Under the pieces are notes generated by a model. That model had not been told where the DNA came from, made no database searches, and worked only from the letters and a program-made list of their open reading frames with translations. Positions 8,302-17,500 of a DNA stretch of 32,000 nt are shown piece after piece (within the stretch, counting starts at the first letter, position 1; the number at the start of each line of letters is the position of its first letter). The stretch covers positions 30,001-62,000 of the forward strand of contig NZ_BCZP01000021.1 of NCBI RefSeq assembly GCF_001598795.1, given 5' to 3'. A program made the translations under genes and the position numbers. The DNA is from Delftia acidovorans NBRC 14950 (GTDB taxonomy: Bacteria > Pseudomonadota > Gammaproteobacteria > Burkholderiales > Burkholderiaceae_C).

Positions 8302-10077
8302 ATGGCCACCACACCCACTCCACCGGGGCCCGTGCTGCCCCCGTCGCCCCCCGTCGTCTACCTCAAGCCCCCGCCGGACTGGGAAGAGCATGAAAAGCCC
8401 AGCCTGCCGGGCTCGCCGTCCATGCCGCTGCACCAGCCGGCCGTGCGCGCCGCCTATGGCCTGATCGCCGTGCTGGTGGCGCTGACGGGTGGCCTGGGCA
8501 ATGCACTGTTCACGGCCAACCTGCCCACCATCCAGGGCCAGATGGGGCTGACGTCTTCCGAGGCCGCCTGGCTGACCGGCGCCTACGTCATGCTCAACAT
8601 GACGGCCAACCTGCTGGTCTACAAATTCCGCCAGCAGTTCGGCATGCGGCTGTTCGCCGAGATCGGGCTGGGCCTGTATGCGCTGCTGACGCTGCTGCAC
8701 CTGGTGCTGGGCAGCTACACCAGCCTGCTCATGCTGCGCGCGGCCAGCGGCCTGGCGGGCGCCACCTGCAGCACGCTGGGCACGCTCTACATGCTGCAGG
8801 CTGCGCCGCGCAAGCATGTGCTCAAGATGCTGGTGATCGGCGTGGGGCTGGGGCAGATCGCCACGCCGCTGGCCTGGATCCTTTCGCCGGGCCTGCTGTT
8901 CAACAGCGAGTGGCACAACCTCTATCTGTTCGAGGCCGGCCTGGCCCTGATCTCGTTCGCGGGCGTGGTGGTGCTCAAGCTGCCGCCGGGCGTGCACATC
9001 CGCAGCTTCGAGCGGCTGGACTTCCTGACCTTCTTCCTCATGGTGCCCGGCGTGGGCCTGCTGATCGCCGTGCTGGTGCAGGGCTACAACCACTGGTGGC
9101 TGGACACGCCCTGGCTGGCCTGGATGCTGATCGGCTCCATCGTCCTGCTGAGCGTGGCGCTGTACATCGAGCACCACCGCCGCAATCCCATGCTGCAGAC
9201 GCGCTGGTTCGTGCTGGCGCCCACGGTGCGCTTCGTGATCGGTGCGCTGCTGCTGCGCTTTCTGACCACCGAGCAGACCTATGGCGTGATCGGCATGCAG
9301 CGCATGCTGGGCATGACGGTGGACCAGATGCAGCCGCTGTTCATCGTCATCCTGCTGGGCACCATCGCGGGCATTGCCGTGTCGGCGCTGACCTTCGGGC
9401 TGGAGAACATGGGCAAGCAGATCGTGGGCTCCATCGTGCTGTTCGCGCTGGCGGCCTGGCTGGACCACAGCCGCACCAGCCTGGCCCGGCCCGAGGACTT
9501 CTTCGGCAGCCAGTTCCTCATGGCCGTGGGCGCGGGCCTGTTCATGGGGCCGCTGATGCTGATCGGCGTGGTGCAGGGCCTGAAGTTCGGCGCGCACTAC
9601 ATGCTGACGGCCATCGTCACCATCTCCATGACGCAGGCCATGGGCGCGCTCATGGGCTCGGCCCTGCTGAGCACCTACCAGATGCACCGCGAGCAGGTGT
9701 ATTCGGCCGCCATCGTGGCCGATGTCGATCCCACCGACCCCATCGTGGCCGACCGCCTGCGCCTGCAGCAGCAAAGCCTGGCCCGCGTCATCGCCGACCC
9801 GGCCCTGCGTGCGGCCCAGGGCACGGCCCAGCTGGCGCAGGCCGCACGCCGCGAGGCCAATGTGCGCGCCTACAACGACGTGTTCGCGCTCACGGCCGGC
9901 GTGGCCGTGCTCTACCTGCTGTGGATGCTGGCCCTGGCCGGCCGCGCACGCCAGCGCGCCTTCGTGGAGCGCATGCGCGCCGCCGCTGCCGATGCCTCGG
10001 CCATGCGCGGCACCGATGCCGCCGCGCCGCAGGACGCGCCGGGCCAGCCGCCCACCCAACCCGTCGCCCGCGCCTGA
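8302..10077 (+). CDS. MFS efflux transporter (DHA2/EmrB-like inner-membrane component of a tripartite pump), 591 aa
   Basis: Multiple hydrophobic helices throughout. Context is TetR, MFS, HlyD, OMF. Has a proline-rich N-terminus and a roughly 130-aa C-terminal extension with one more hydrophobic helix. Confidence 0.75.
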   Translation: MATTPTPPGPVLPPSPPVVYLKPPPDWEEHEKPSLPGSPSMPLHQPAVRAAYGLIAVLVALTGGLGNALFTANLPTIQGQMGLTSSEAAWLTGAYVMLNMTANLLVYKFRQQFGMRLFAEIGLGLYALLTLLHLVLGSYTSLLMLRAASGLAGATCSTLGTLYMLQAAPRKHVLKMLVIGVGLGQIATPLAWILSPGLLFNSEWHNLYLFEAGLALISFAGVVVLKLPPGVHIRSFERLDFLTFFLMVPGVGLLIAVLVQGYNHWWLDTPWLAWMLIGSIVLLSVALYIEHHRRNPMLQTRWFVLAPTVRFVIGALLLRFLTTEQTYGVIGMQRMLGMTVDQMQPLFIVILLGTIAGIAVSALTFGLENMGKQIVGSIVLFALAAWLDHSRTSLARPEDFFGSQFLMAVGAGLFMGPLMLIGVVQGLKFGAHYMLTAIVTISMTQAMGALMGSALLSTYQMHREQVYSAAIVADVDPTDPIVADRLRLQQQSLARVIADPALRAAQGTAQLAQAARREANVRAYNDVFALTAGVAVLYLLWMLALAGRARQRAFVERMRAAAADASAMRGTDAAAPQDAPGQPPTQPVARA

Positions 10078-10106
10078 AACCGTTCGCCCAGAGAAAAGAC
10101 AACAAC

Positions 10107-11312
10107 ATGAGTGACTCCGAAAATTCCAATGGCGGCACGGCCGCCTCTGCCTCGCCTGCGCCGGCTCCCGCTGCGGCGCCTTCGCCCTCGCCATCACCTT
10201 CGCCATCGCCCAAGCTCATCAAACCCTCGCTGCGCAGCGTGCTGGTGATGCTGGTGGTCGCACTGGCCGGCGTGCTGCTGGTGCTGCGTGCATGGAACCT
10301 GTTCCCCTTCGCGGGCACCGTGGTCAGCACCGACAACGCCTATGTGCGCGGCGCCGTCACCGTGCTCGCGCCCCAGGTCAGCGGCTATGTGACCGAGGTG
10401 CTGGTGCAGGACTACGAGAACGTCAAGGCCGGCCAGCCCCTGGTGCGCATCGACGCACGCACCTACGAAGCCGCCCAGGCCCAGGCGCAGGCCCAGCTGG
10501 CCAATGCCCGCGCACAGCTGGCCAATGCCGACCAGACCCAGGCCCAGAACCGCGCCACGCTGGGCGCCAGCCGCGCCGGCCTGGCGGCGGCGCAGGCCGA
10601 ATCCGACCGTGCGGCAGCCGAGCTGCAGCGCGTGCAGGCGCTGTCCGAGCGCGGCTCCGTCTCGCTCAACGAGCGCGACAAGGTGCGTGCCACCGCGCGC
10701 CTGGCGGCCACCAACGTGGCCAAGGCCCAGGCCGACATCGAAATCAACGCCCAGAAGATCAAGGCGACGACGGTGAACCGCGCCTCGCTCGAAGCCCAGG
10801 TCCAGATGGCCGAGGCCCAGCTGCGCCAGGCCCAGATCAACCTGGACAACACCGTGGTGCACGCGCCCGGCGATGGCCAGGTCAGCGAGGTGGGCGTGCG
10901 CCGGGGCCAGTACGTCACGGCCGGCTCCCAGCTCATGTACGTGGTGCCGCACACGCTGTGGGTGGTGGCCAACTTCAAGGAAACCCAGACCGCCCAGGTG
11001 CGCATAGGCCAGGCTGTGCGCTTCAGCGTTGATGCGCTGGGCGGCGCCCACCTCACGGGCCGCGTGCTGGAGATCGCGCCCGCCACGGGCTCGGAATTCA
11101 GCGTGCTCAAGGCCGACAACGCCACGGGCAACTTCACCAAGGTCGTGCAGCGCTTGCCAGTCAAGATTGCAATCGATCCCGACCAGGAGCTGGCCGCCAG
11201 GCTGCGCGCGGGCATGTCGGTGGTGGTGCGGCTGGATACGGCGCAGCCTGAGACCCAACCCGCACAGCAACCCGCACAGCAGCCCGCACCCCAACCGGAG
11301 GCCCGCCCATGA
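10107..11312 (+). CDS. HlyD/EmrA-family membrane fusion (periplasmic adaptor) protein
   Basis: Track ORF 8910..11312 is an artefactual N-terminal extension. ATG at 10107 gives MSDSENS..., a single TM (LVMLVVALAGVLLVLRAW), then STDNAYVRG..V.V.PQVSGYV..V.V.D...V..GQPL..ID, a long coiled-coil and ...V.AP.DG.V (EmrA-type). Confidence 0.85.
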   Translation: MSDSENSNGGTAASASPAPAPAAAPSPSPSPSPSPKLIKPSLRSVLVMLVVALAGVLLVLRAWNLFPFAGTVVSTDNAYVRGAVTVLAPQVSGYVTEVLVQDYENVKAGQPLVRIDARTYEAAQAQAQAQLANARAQLANADQTQAQNRATLGASRAGLAAAQAESDRAAAELQRVQALSERGSVSLNERDKVRATARLAATNVAKAQADIEINAQKIKATTVNRASLEAQVQMAEAQLRQAQINLDNTVVHAPGDGQVSEVGVRRGQYVTAGSQLMYVVPHTLWVVANFKETQTAQVRIGQAVRFSVDALGGAHLTGRVLEIAPATGSEFSVLKADNATGNFTKVVQRLPVKIAIDPDQELAARLRAGMSVVVRLDTAQPETQPAQQPAQQPAPQPEARP

Positions 11313-12715
11313 CCGCCCGCGCACTGGCCATGGCCATCGCCTGCGCCGCCGCGCTGGCCGGCTGCAGCGTGCCGCCGCTGAGCAACGCGCCTGAAGCGGC
11401 TCGGCCCGCCATGCCCGCCCAGTGGAGCGGGGCAGGGCAGGAGCCGGCCGCCGCCGTCCAGGCATCGTGGTGGCAGGCCTTTGGCGATCCGCTGCTCACG
11501 CGCTGGGTGGAACTGGCCCAGTCCCGCAACAACGATGTGCTGCTGGCCCTGTCGCGCGTGGATGAGGCGCGGGCCAATCTGGATGTGGCAGGCGCTGCGG
11601 GCCTGCCCCAGCTCTCGGCCACGGCCGGCGTCTCCACGGGCCGCAGCCTGGGCGCGCGGGGCCTGGCGCACACGCGCTCGGTGCAGCCCAGCCTGCAGGC
11701 CAGCTGGGAGCCTGATCTGTGGGGCCGCATCGCCCACCTGGAAAAGGCCGCCGCCCTGCGCCTGCAGGCCAGCGAGGCCGACCGCGACGCCGTGGCACTG
11801 GCCGTGGCCGCCACCACGGCCCAGGCCTATGTGGGCCTGCGCTCGCTGCAATCGCAGCTGCAAGTGGCCCAGGCCACGGCCCGCTCGCGCGAACAGGCCC
11901 TGCGCCTGGCTGACGATCAGGCACGCGTCGGCTACACCTCGCAGCTGCAGCTCACCCAGGCCCAGGCCGAGCTGCAATCCGTGCAGCAGGCCGTGGAGCA
12001 GCTGGAACTGTCGCTGGCGCGCCAGCGCACGGCGCTCCTGCTGCTGGCCGGCGGCGAGGGTGACGAGCAGGCAGCCGCGCTCATGGCAACAACCGACGGC
12101 CAGTCCGCTGCGCTGGGCGCACCGCCGCCTGCGCCGGCCGCCGGCCTGCCTTCGGCCTTGCTGCAGCGCCGCCCCGACATTGCACGGGCCCAGCTGCAAC
12201 TGGCGGCCGCCGACGAAAGCTTGGCCGTGCAGCGCACCGCCTTCCTGCCCCAGGTCTCGCTGACGGCCAGCGCCGGCAGCCTGCTGGTCAACGCCCTGCA
12301 ATACCACCCGGCCACGGTCTGGGCCCTGGGCGGCAGCGTGCTGGCGCCGCTGTTCACGGGCGGCCGGCTGCAAGGGCAGTTCGACGCCGTGACCGCCCAG
12401 CGCGACCAGGCCGCCTATGCCTACCGTGGCGTGGTGATCAAGGCCCTGGCCGATGTGGAAAACGCCCTGGTCGGCACCCGGCGCCTGCAGTCGCAGTGGC
12501 AGCACGCCAGCGAGCGCGAGGCGGTGCTGCAGCGCTCCCTGGGCTTTGCCAAGGACCGCTACGAGGCCGGCTACGCCAGCTACCTGGAAGAGCTGGACGC
12601 CCAGCGCAATCTCTTCCAGGCGCAGCAGGAGGTGATACGCCTGCGCCAGAGCCAGCTGGAAAACGCCATTGCGCTGTACCAGGCGCTGGGCGGCGGCTGG
12701 CAGGCCGGGGACTGA
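11309..12715 (+). CDS. Efflux transporter outer-membrane factor lipoprotein (NodT family)
   Basis: Lipobox LAGC in MTARALAMAIACAAALAGCSVPP. WWQAFGDP.L..WV...NND, paired TolC-like repeats, and a C-terminal LYQALGGGW motif. ATGA overlap with the HlyD stop. Confidence 0.9.
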   Translation: MTARALAMAIACAAALAGCSVPPLSNAPEAARPAMPAQWSGAGQEPAAAVQASWWQAFGDPLLTRWVELAQSRNNDVLLALSRVDEARANLDVAGAAGLPQLSATAGVSTGRSLGARGLAHTRSVQPSLQASWEPDLWGRIAHLEKAAALRLQASEADRDAVALAVAATTAQAYVGLRSLQSQLQVAQATARSREQALRLADDQARVGYTSQLQLTQAQAELQSVQQAVEQLELSLARQRTALLLLAGGEGDEQAAALMATTDGQSAALGAPPPAPAAGLPSALLQRRPDIARAQLQLAAADESLAVQRTAFLPQVSLTASAGSLLVNALQYHPATVWALGGSVLAPLFTGGRLQGQFDAVTAQRDQAAYAYRGVVIKALADVENALVGTRRLQSQWQHASEREAVLQRSLGFAKDRYEAGYASYLEELDAQRNLFQAQQEVIRLRQSQLENAIALYQALGGGWQAGD

Positions 12716-12760
12716 CCTTTCAGGAGCTGCTCCGGGCTGTGCTGGCCATGGCGGGATATG

Positions 12761-12779
12761 GCGCACTGGCCCAGTGCGC
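12761..12779. terminator. GC hairpin between convergent genes (GCGCACTG-gcc-CAGTGCGC)
   Basis: 8-bp perfect stem read directly, located between the OMF stop (12715) and the stop of the small minus-strand gene (12782). No U-tract, so its function as a terminator is uncertain. Confidence 0.35.
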
Positions 12780-12781
12780 AG

Positions 12782-13072
12782 TCAGCCGGACACAAGCGCA
12801 TATATCACCATGACGGCGAGAGCCCAAAACAGAAGTGTGCCGAACAGCTTGGTGGATGCGATGGCTGCGGCCAGTAGCGCCGCGCCCATTGCGAGTCCGG
12901 CGTGCTGTGTCTTGTACCAGCAGTAGAGGCCGGTAGCAGCACCCGCGAAAAATGCGATCAACCCACGGTCTGCCCCCGGGCTTGCGAGACTTTGCTTGCA
13001 GTCGTGATCGGGTGGCAGCGTGCCGGTGGAGCTTATCGTTCGGCCGCATTTGTTACAGGTCCATTGCGTCAT
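12782..13072 (-). CDS. Small membrane protein (96 aa): N-terminal CxxC/HxC zinc-ribbon-like segment plus about 3 TM helices; no recognised family
   Basis: Track ORF 12782..13276. The internal ATG at 13072 (MTQWTCNKCGRTISSTGTLPPDHDCKQ...) forms an ATGA overlap with the stop of the upstream gene (13069-13072 reads tcat on the plus strand). Hydrophobic segments: GLIAFFAGAATGLYCWY, AGLAMGAALLAAAIAS, LFGTLLFWALAVMVIYALV. Confidence 0.55.
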   Translation of the reverse strand: MTQWTCNKCGRTISSTGTLPPDHDCKQSLASPGADRGLIAFFAGAATGLYCWYKTQHAGLAMGAALLAAAIASTKLFGTLLFWALAVMVIYALVSG

Positions 13073-14274
13073 TGCGGGTTTCTCCCGGCCGATTGCCTTG
13101 CGTTGCTGCGCACCCAGTTCCTTGCCTCCTGAGGCGAGAGGCCTGGGGGCATGGGGGCTGCAGGAAGGGGCGCCATTCCAGGACTTGATGGCAAGGGTTG
13201 CGCTGTGCCGGTGACGGGGTGCCGGGCCATCAGGCTGCGGCGCAGCGCAAGCGCGGCCTTGTCGCTGGGCGGGCATTCCTTGATGGCCTGGTCACCGATG
13301 AAGCGCAGCACTCCCTTAGGGTCCCGCGCGAGCATGGCCGGGATGTCTTCCGGTGCCTTCGCATACCAGAAGCCATAGGTGGCATAGCTTTTGACACCGC
13401 TGGAGTTCAATTTAGGCCCATAGGTGCATTGCAGGGTTTGATGGCCTTTGTTCCCGGTTTCAACCATCCAGTGATACACATCGCCTTCGGCCAGACCGTG
13501 GAGATCGACGGCGGAGAGGCGTTGCCGCTGTTGCTCGAACAGCCGTGCGCCACCATCGGGTGCAGTGGCGGCCTGCACATCCCTGGTGGCGGCTGCCTGC
13601 GCCTGCTGTTCCTGGCCCATGCCGAGCTGGATTTCCTGTCGGTCTCTGAGCCGTTTGTACGCCTGGTAGGTCGAATCGTTGGCCTGCAGTGCCTGTTGCA
13701 AGCGGTCGGGCTGAAGTGCCGCCATCGCCATCTGGCCGTCTCGCGCCGCTCCCAGCGAAGCCCTGATGCCTCTGACCCAGCTTTCAAAGGCCGCACGGCC
13801 ATCCGATGGGATGCCGTTGTCCAAAGCGCCCCCTGTCACGCGCTCCAGTCCCTTGACGATGGATATATTTCGTTCCGAAAAGCCTTCGTTGAGGTAGAGC
13901 GTGAGGAAGTAGAGATCCTTTTCCAGCAGCAGCTTGGCGAACTCCGCTTCCGCCTTGGCTCTGGTGCCTGGCGTCCGGGCTGTTTCAAGAAAGCCCTGAC
14001 GTGCTTTGGCGATCCTGCGGTTGAACTCGGACTTGTTCTTCGTAGCCTGTTGCTGGGCCGCCAGTGCATTGGTCAGATCCTCGCGGATCACGTCCCCGAT
14101 CGTGACCCTGCCCACCCAAGTGGTTTGCGCGTGACAGGCGTGCGCGAAAGCGATTGCGGCGGCGGCCAAAGCCACGGTTGCGCCGTGCTGCCACCGGCCG
14201 CCGGGAGCCGGCTCGCGTATTGGGGTGGCAACTCGCCAGGTGCCACCAGATTGAAAGAAGGAGTCAACCTGCAT
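13069..14274 (-). CDS. Hypothetical exported protein (about 401 aa from ATG 14274; the track starts at TTG 14391), no recognisable domain
   Basis: ATG at 14274 follows GAGAGGGG. A signal-peptide-like stretch ATVALAAAAIAFAHACHA-QT follows a long N-region. The N-half is helical and charged, and the C-half holds two Cys (LQCTYGPK, IKECPPSDK) and a Pro-rich tail. Codon usage is atypical for the window (many A/T-ending codons). The start codon is uncertain. Confidence 0.55.
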   Translation of the reverse strand: MQVDSFFQSGGTWRVATPIREPAPGGRWQHGATVALAAAAIAFAHACHAQTTWVGRVTIGDVIREDLTNALAAQQQATKNKSEFNRRIAKARQGFLETARTPGTRAKAEAEFAKLLLEKDLYFLTLYLNEGFSERNISIVKGLERVTGGALDNGIPSDGRAAFESWVRGIRASLGAARDGQMAMAALQPDRLQQALQANDSTYQAYKRLRDRQEIQLGMGQEQQAQAAATRDVQAATAPDGGARLFEQQRQRLSAVDLHGLAEGDVYHWMVETGNKGHQTLQCTYGPKLNSSGVKSYATYGFWYAKAPEDIPAMLARDPKGVLRFIGDQAIKECPPSDKAALALRRSLMARHPVTGTAQPLPSSPGMAPLPAAPMPPGLSPQEARNWVRSNARQSAGRNPQ

Positions 14275-14514
14275 GTAGCGCCCCTCTCTTGGGTGTGCTT
14301 TCGAAACGTAGCGGCTTGCAGTAGCCTGCCTCGCACCCCTTGGGTGTGCAGGCTCTGCCGGGATTTCAGCATCCGCCACGAGGACCGGCAATCCCGCGAA
14401 TGGTGTCTCCTTTTGTAAATGGTGGCCCTGGCAAGACCCTTCAACTCTGCGACAACGCAGCCATTGGGCAGGGAGTGGGTCGTGTGGTGCATTGATCCTG
14501 ATGGGCTGAAGACA

Positions 14515-17500
14515 CTAGGTTTTCTCGATGCGCGCAGGCAGGCCCTGGCGCACCGCGGCGCCCGACACCCAGTCCACCCACACGTTTTTGCAGCCGGGCC
14601 GCGTGGGATCGGCAAAGCCCAGGTCGTTGAGGTTCACGCCATTGGCATGCTCGGCGTTCACCGGCATGGGCTTGCCGTCAATGCTGTGGCGGCCTGCGCC
14701 CAGCTCGCGGTGGCCGTAGCCGTGCTCGATGGCCACGGTCCCCGGCATCACGCCGTCGCGCACCATGGCCACGGCCGTCACCGCGCCGCCCGGCGTGCGG
14801 ATGCGCACCGTGTCCCCGTTGGCGATGCCCAGCCGCTCGGCGTCATCGCGGTGCAGGGACACCGGGTTGTGCGGATGCACCTGGCGCAGCCGCGAGACGG
14901 CAATCGACATGGAACTCATCAGGTTGGACTTGTACGAGGTCAGCAGCAGCGGCCATTGCTGCTCGCCGAAATGCGTGCGCATGGCGCTGCCGTCGGCCAG
15001 CCGCGCCGGGTACCAGGTGGGGCAGCCGCTGTAGCGCTCGCCCGTCATGGCGTGGCGCATGCGGGCCAGCTCCTCGCTCCACACTTGCAGGGCAGGCGCG
15101 TGGGCCTTGCGGGTGTGGCCGTCCTTCCAGGCGTCTTCGATGCGGTCGAAGCGCCCGCCGCGCGTCAGCAGCATGGCCACCTGGCGCCATTCATCGTCCT
15201 TCAGGCGCTGGCGCAGCGCGGGCACCAGCCTGTCCACGCCGGTGATGGCGATGTCGTCATCGCTGGCCGCCGGCACGGGCTTGCCGCCTGCCCAGGCCAC
15301 GTTGGCCAGGGCATGGATGAAGAAGTCCTCGGCCGAGCGCAGCGCATGGGGCTGGCCCTGGGCGTCCTTGATGGCGGCCTCGCCAAAGCCGGGCAGGCCC
15401 AGCCGTTCTGCCACGGCGAAGAGGAAGCTCTCCACGTTCACGGGCTGGCCGCCGGCCGTGCGCGCCACGGCGGGCTGCACCACGGGCCAGCGCACGGTGG
15501 AGCTTTTGGCCACCACGTCGGCCCAGGGCGCCGAGATGCCCCAGCTCTCGTAGGTCACGGTATCGGGCACGATGAAATCGGCCAGCGCGCTGGTCTCGTT
15601 GATGAAGGGGTCGATGGAGACGATCAGCGGCAGCTTCTTCGGGTCCTTGAGATCGTCCACCAGCGCATTGCGAAAGCCCGCAATGCCGTAGACGGGGTTG
15701 CTCATGTGGTTGATCCAGGCCTTGGCGCGGTAGGGGTAGCCGGCCAGCGCGCTGGCCAGCATCTCGCTGGACAGGCCGCCCACGGCCGGGTACCACGGGG
15801 CCTGGGCGGCGGGGTAGTCCTTCGCGCCCTCTGGCTGGCCCTCGCGCTTGCGCTGGAATTCCGCGCTTTTCTCGTAGGGCTGGCGGTGGCGTGACAGCGC
15901 CAGGCCGCGCGGCTTGACCTTGCCGTCGAAGTTGGCGAAGTCGTAGCGCGGGCCGGGGCCGAAGGGGCCGAACGGGCCGGCATCCAGCACCAGGCCGCCC
16001 TGCACGTTGAGGTTGCCCACCAGGGTGTTGAGCATGCTGATGGCGTAGGCGGTGTAGAAGCCCGCGCCGCTCATGGTGCCGCCATGCGCATCGGCCACGG
16101 CGCGCTTGCCATGGCTGGTGAACTCGCGCGCCAGCGCCTCGATCTCGCCGCGCGCCACGCCGCACAGCGCCGCGTATTCGTCCAGTGTCTTGAGGCTGGC
16201 CTGCTCATGCAGCTTGGCCAGCGAGGAGCAGACCGACAGCTCGGGGGCCTGGTCCGCGCCTTCGGCCTTCAGGCCGGGCACGGCCACGCGGGTGCGCACC
16301 ATCAGCTGTGCAGGCTCGGCCTGGGTGTGCGGCGCCAGGCTGCCATCGGCACGCTGCACCACGAACACGTCCTGGGCCGGCTTGCCGTCTTCGGCTGGCG
16401 CGGGCAGGGCCCAGCCCAGGTCGGCGCCGCGCAGAAAGCTGCCATGGCGCGGGTGGCCGTGCTCGTTGACCAGCAGGTGCGTGGCATTGCTCCAGGACGC
16501 CTCGCCCGCCGCCTGCATGGCGGCCGGGCCGGGCTGGGCGAGAAAGTCCGTGTCATGGCGCGCCTCGTCCAGGATGACGCGGATCAGCGCCATGACCAGG
16601 GCCAGGTCGCTGGCCGGCTTGACGGCCAGCCAGCGGTTGCCGCTGCCCGCAGCCAGGCTGGACGAGGTCGGCAGCACGGGCGAGACCACCACGTAGCGGA
16701 AACGGTTGTCCTCGCGCGAGCGGGCCTCGGCCAGTTCGCGGCCCTGGCGCTGGAAGGGGTTGCCGGACTGCGCGGGCGCCGCGCCGATGAACAGGCCGAA
16801 GCTGGCATGGCTCCAGTCCGGCTTGCCGTGCGGCATGCCGGGCAGGTCGCCCAGGGCCGCTGCCGCGCCCACGCGAAAACTCTGGCCGCAGTAGGCGCCG
16901 TGGTTGCTGACGTTCACGGTGCCGAAGGACGGCCCCGCAAAGCGGCGCAGCAGCTGGGCGCGGCCTTCGTTGGAGGCGTCGGTCACCAGCAACTGGTTGG
17001 AGCGCGGGCCGAACTCGGGGTTGTCGGCGTCCAGCGGCGTCCTGGGGTCCCAGATGGCGCGCAGGCCCTCGACCTGGCCTTCGCCGAACAGATCGCCGCC
17101 CTCGCAGACTTCCTGCACCAGCTGCTCGAAGGAAATGCTCTGCCAGCGGCCGCTGCCGCGCGGGCCCACGCGCTTGAGCGGGGTGAGCACGCGGTGCGGC
17201 GCACTCTGGTGCTCCAGCATGGACGATCCGCGCGCGCAGGCCGTGGCCCGGCCCTCCAGGCCCAGTTCCTTGCCCAGTTTGGCGTAGACCTCGCGCACGG
17301 GTTCGTCCATGGCCGCTGGCCGCGTGGTGGCCAGCGGGTGGTAGGGGTTGCCTGCCACGCGCAGGATGCGGTTGCTGGCGGTATCGACACGCACGCGCAC
17401 GCCGCACTGCGTCCAGCAGCCCAGGCAGCTGGAGGGGCTGACCACCTGGCCGGGCTGGGTGGCGAGCGCGCCCGTGGCCGGGTCGATGCGGAACTCCGGC

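Noticed and set aside
8910-10106. N-terminal extension of track ORF 8910..11312 (800 aa)
   Set aside because: It overlaps the MFS gene out of frame. The adaptor protein's genuine N-terminus (cytoplasmic tail plus single TM) starts at ATG 10107, after the MFS stop.
8086-10206. 706-aa minus-strand ORF, the longest in this region of the track
   Set aside because: It is antisense to the MFS efflux gene. The translation is dominated by R/G/A/H/Q/P runs with no motifs, which is the typical shadow ORF of a GC3-rich gene on the other strand.
10178-10212. Short tandem DNA repeats (PSPSPS-coding; also CCCGCACAGCA repeats at 11257-11290), considered as a possible CRISPR or VNTR
   Set aside because: The units are too short (6-12 nt), contiguous without spacers, and in frame within the adaptor gene. 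They encode low-complexity linkers and are not a CRISPR array.
10463-12766. 767-aa minus-strand ORF
   Set aside because: It is antisense to the HlyD and OMF genes, which have clear family motifs, a lipobox and ATGA coupling. Its composition is low-complexity Arg/Gly/Ala/Gln.
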